Of a stretch of DNA of 64,000 nucleotides, positions 63,720 through 64,000 are shown piece after piece. Position 1 is the first letter of the stretch; each line of letters begins with the position of its first letter. The translations under genes and the position numbers were made by a program. Where the stretch lies: the NCBI GenBank assembly GCA_964035545.1, contig OZ037769.1, forward strand, positions 7,173,929 to 7,237,928. The letters run 5' to 3'. Below the pieces are notes generated by a model. That model did no database searches, was not told the origin of the DNA, and saw only the letters and a list, made by a program, of their open reading frames with translations. This DNA is from Bugula neritina. Lineage: Eukaryota > Animalia > Bryozoa.

Positions 63720-63940
63720 TGTAGCAGTGCTGGGAACGGAGAAGCCACGGATGTCAAACTTATCCTTGTCCAACGCTTGTGCAAGTCAAAGACGTGGCTG
63801 TAATGATTGTCATTGGCAGTCACAGTGAGTGTGAAAACATCAAGTGAAATGCGAGTGGAACCAACGTGACAGAACCATGAGAAACTTTGAACCAGGCGCC
63901 ACAACAATTTAAAAGCCACGCCCGCTGCGGTTGCAAACAA
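63720..63940 (-). other. Probable 5' untranslated first exon of GDPGP1 containing upstream ORFs
   Basis: CpG-rich segment ending in a strong donor ACA|GTGAGT at 63720; acceptor TTTCAG at about 63183, 9 nt before the ATG; no ATG in frame with the main CDS. The 5' boundary is unknown. Confidence 0.6.
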
Positions 63941-64000
63941 TAATCGAAACTATTGCTATTGTTTACAATGACCCAATCACTACTTATGATTATTTACATT

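Noticed and set aside
63716-63940. 74-aa ORF as a mitochondrial-targeting N-terminus or a separate gene
   Set aside because: Starts at TTG and splices out of frame with GDPGP1; kept only as a uORF candidate.

Overview
AT-rich, intron-dense genomic DNA from a eukaryote, apparently an invertebrate animal that retains the minor spliceosome; the species cannot be determined from this window. I reconstructed spliced genes by eye. (1) A 5'-incomplete laccase-type multicopper oxidase (+) with a probable GPI or membrane-anchor tail. (2) An uncharacterised basic protein (-) with a CCDC60-like C-terminus and an RFX X-box-like motif over its ATG. (3) An unprocessed, internally deleted succinate-semialdehyde dehydrogenase (ALDH5A1-like) pseudogene (-). 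(4) An MFSD4/NaGLT1-type MFS transporter (+). (5) Importin-4 (-, about 26 exons, one U12-type intron), head-to-head with (6) PSMD5 (+), which is tail-to-tail with (7) GDPGP1 (-). Mobile DNA includes a decayed Tc1 element with a 3.2-kb TGT...ACA element nested inside it (possible OTU-protease remnant), a 5'-truncated CR1/L2-group LINE, several MITEs and tRNA-derived SINEs. The most unusual signal is that many intronic minisatellites start at exon-intron boundaries and are tandem copies of the neighbouring splice site, with up to about 55 decoy acceptors or about 19 GTAAGT donors in one intron. Most ORF-track entries are exon fragments or repeat artefacts.
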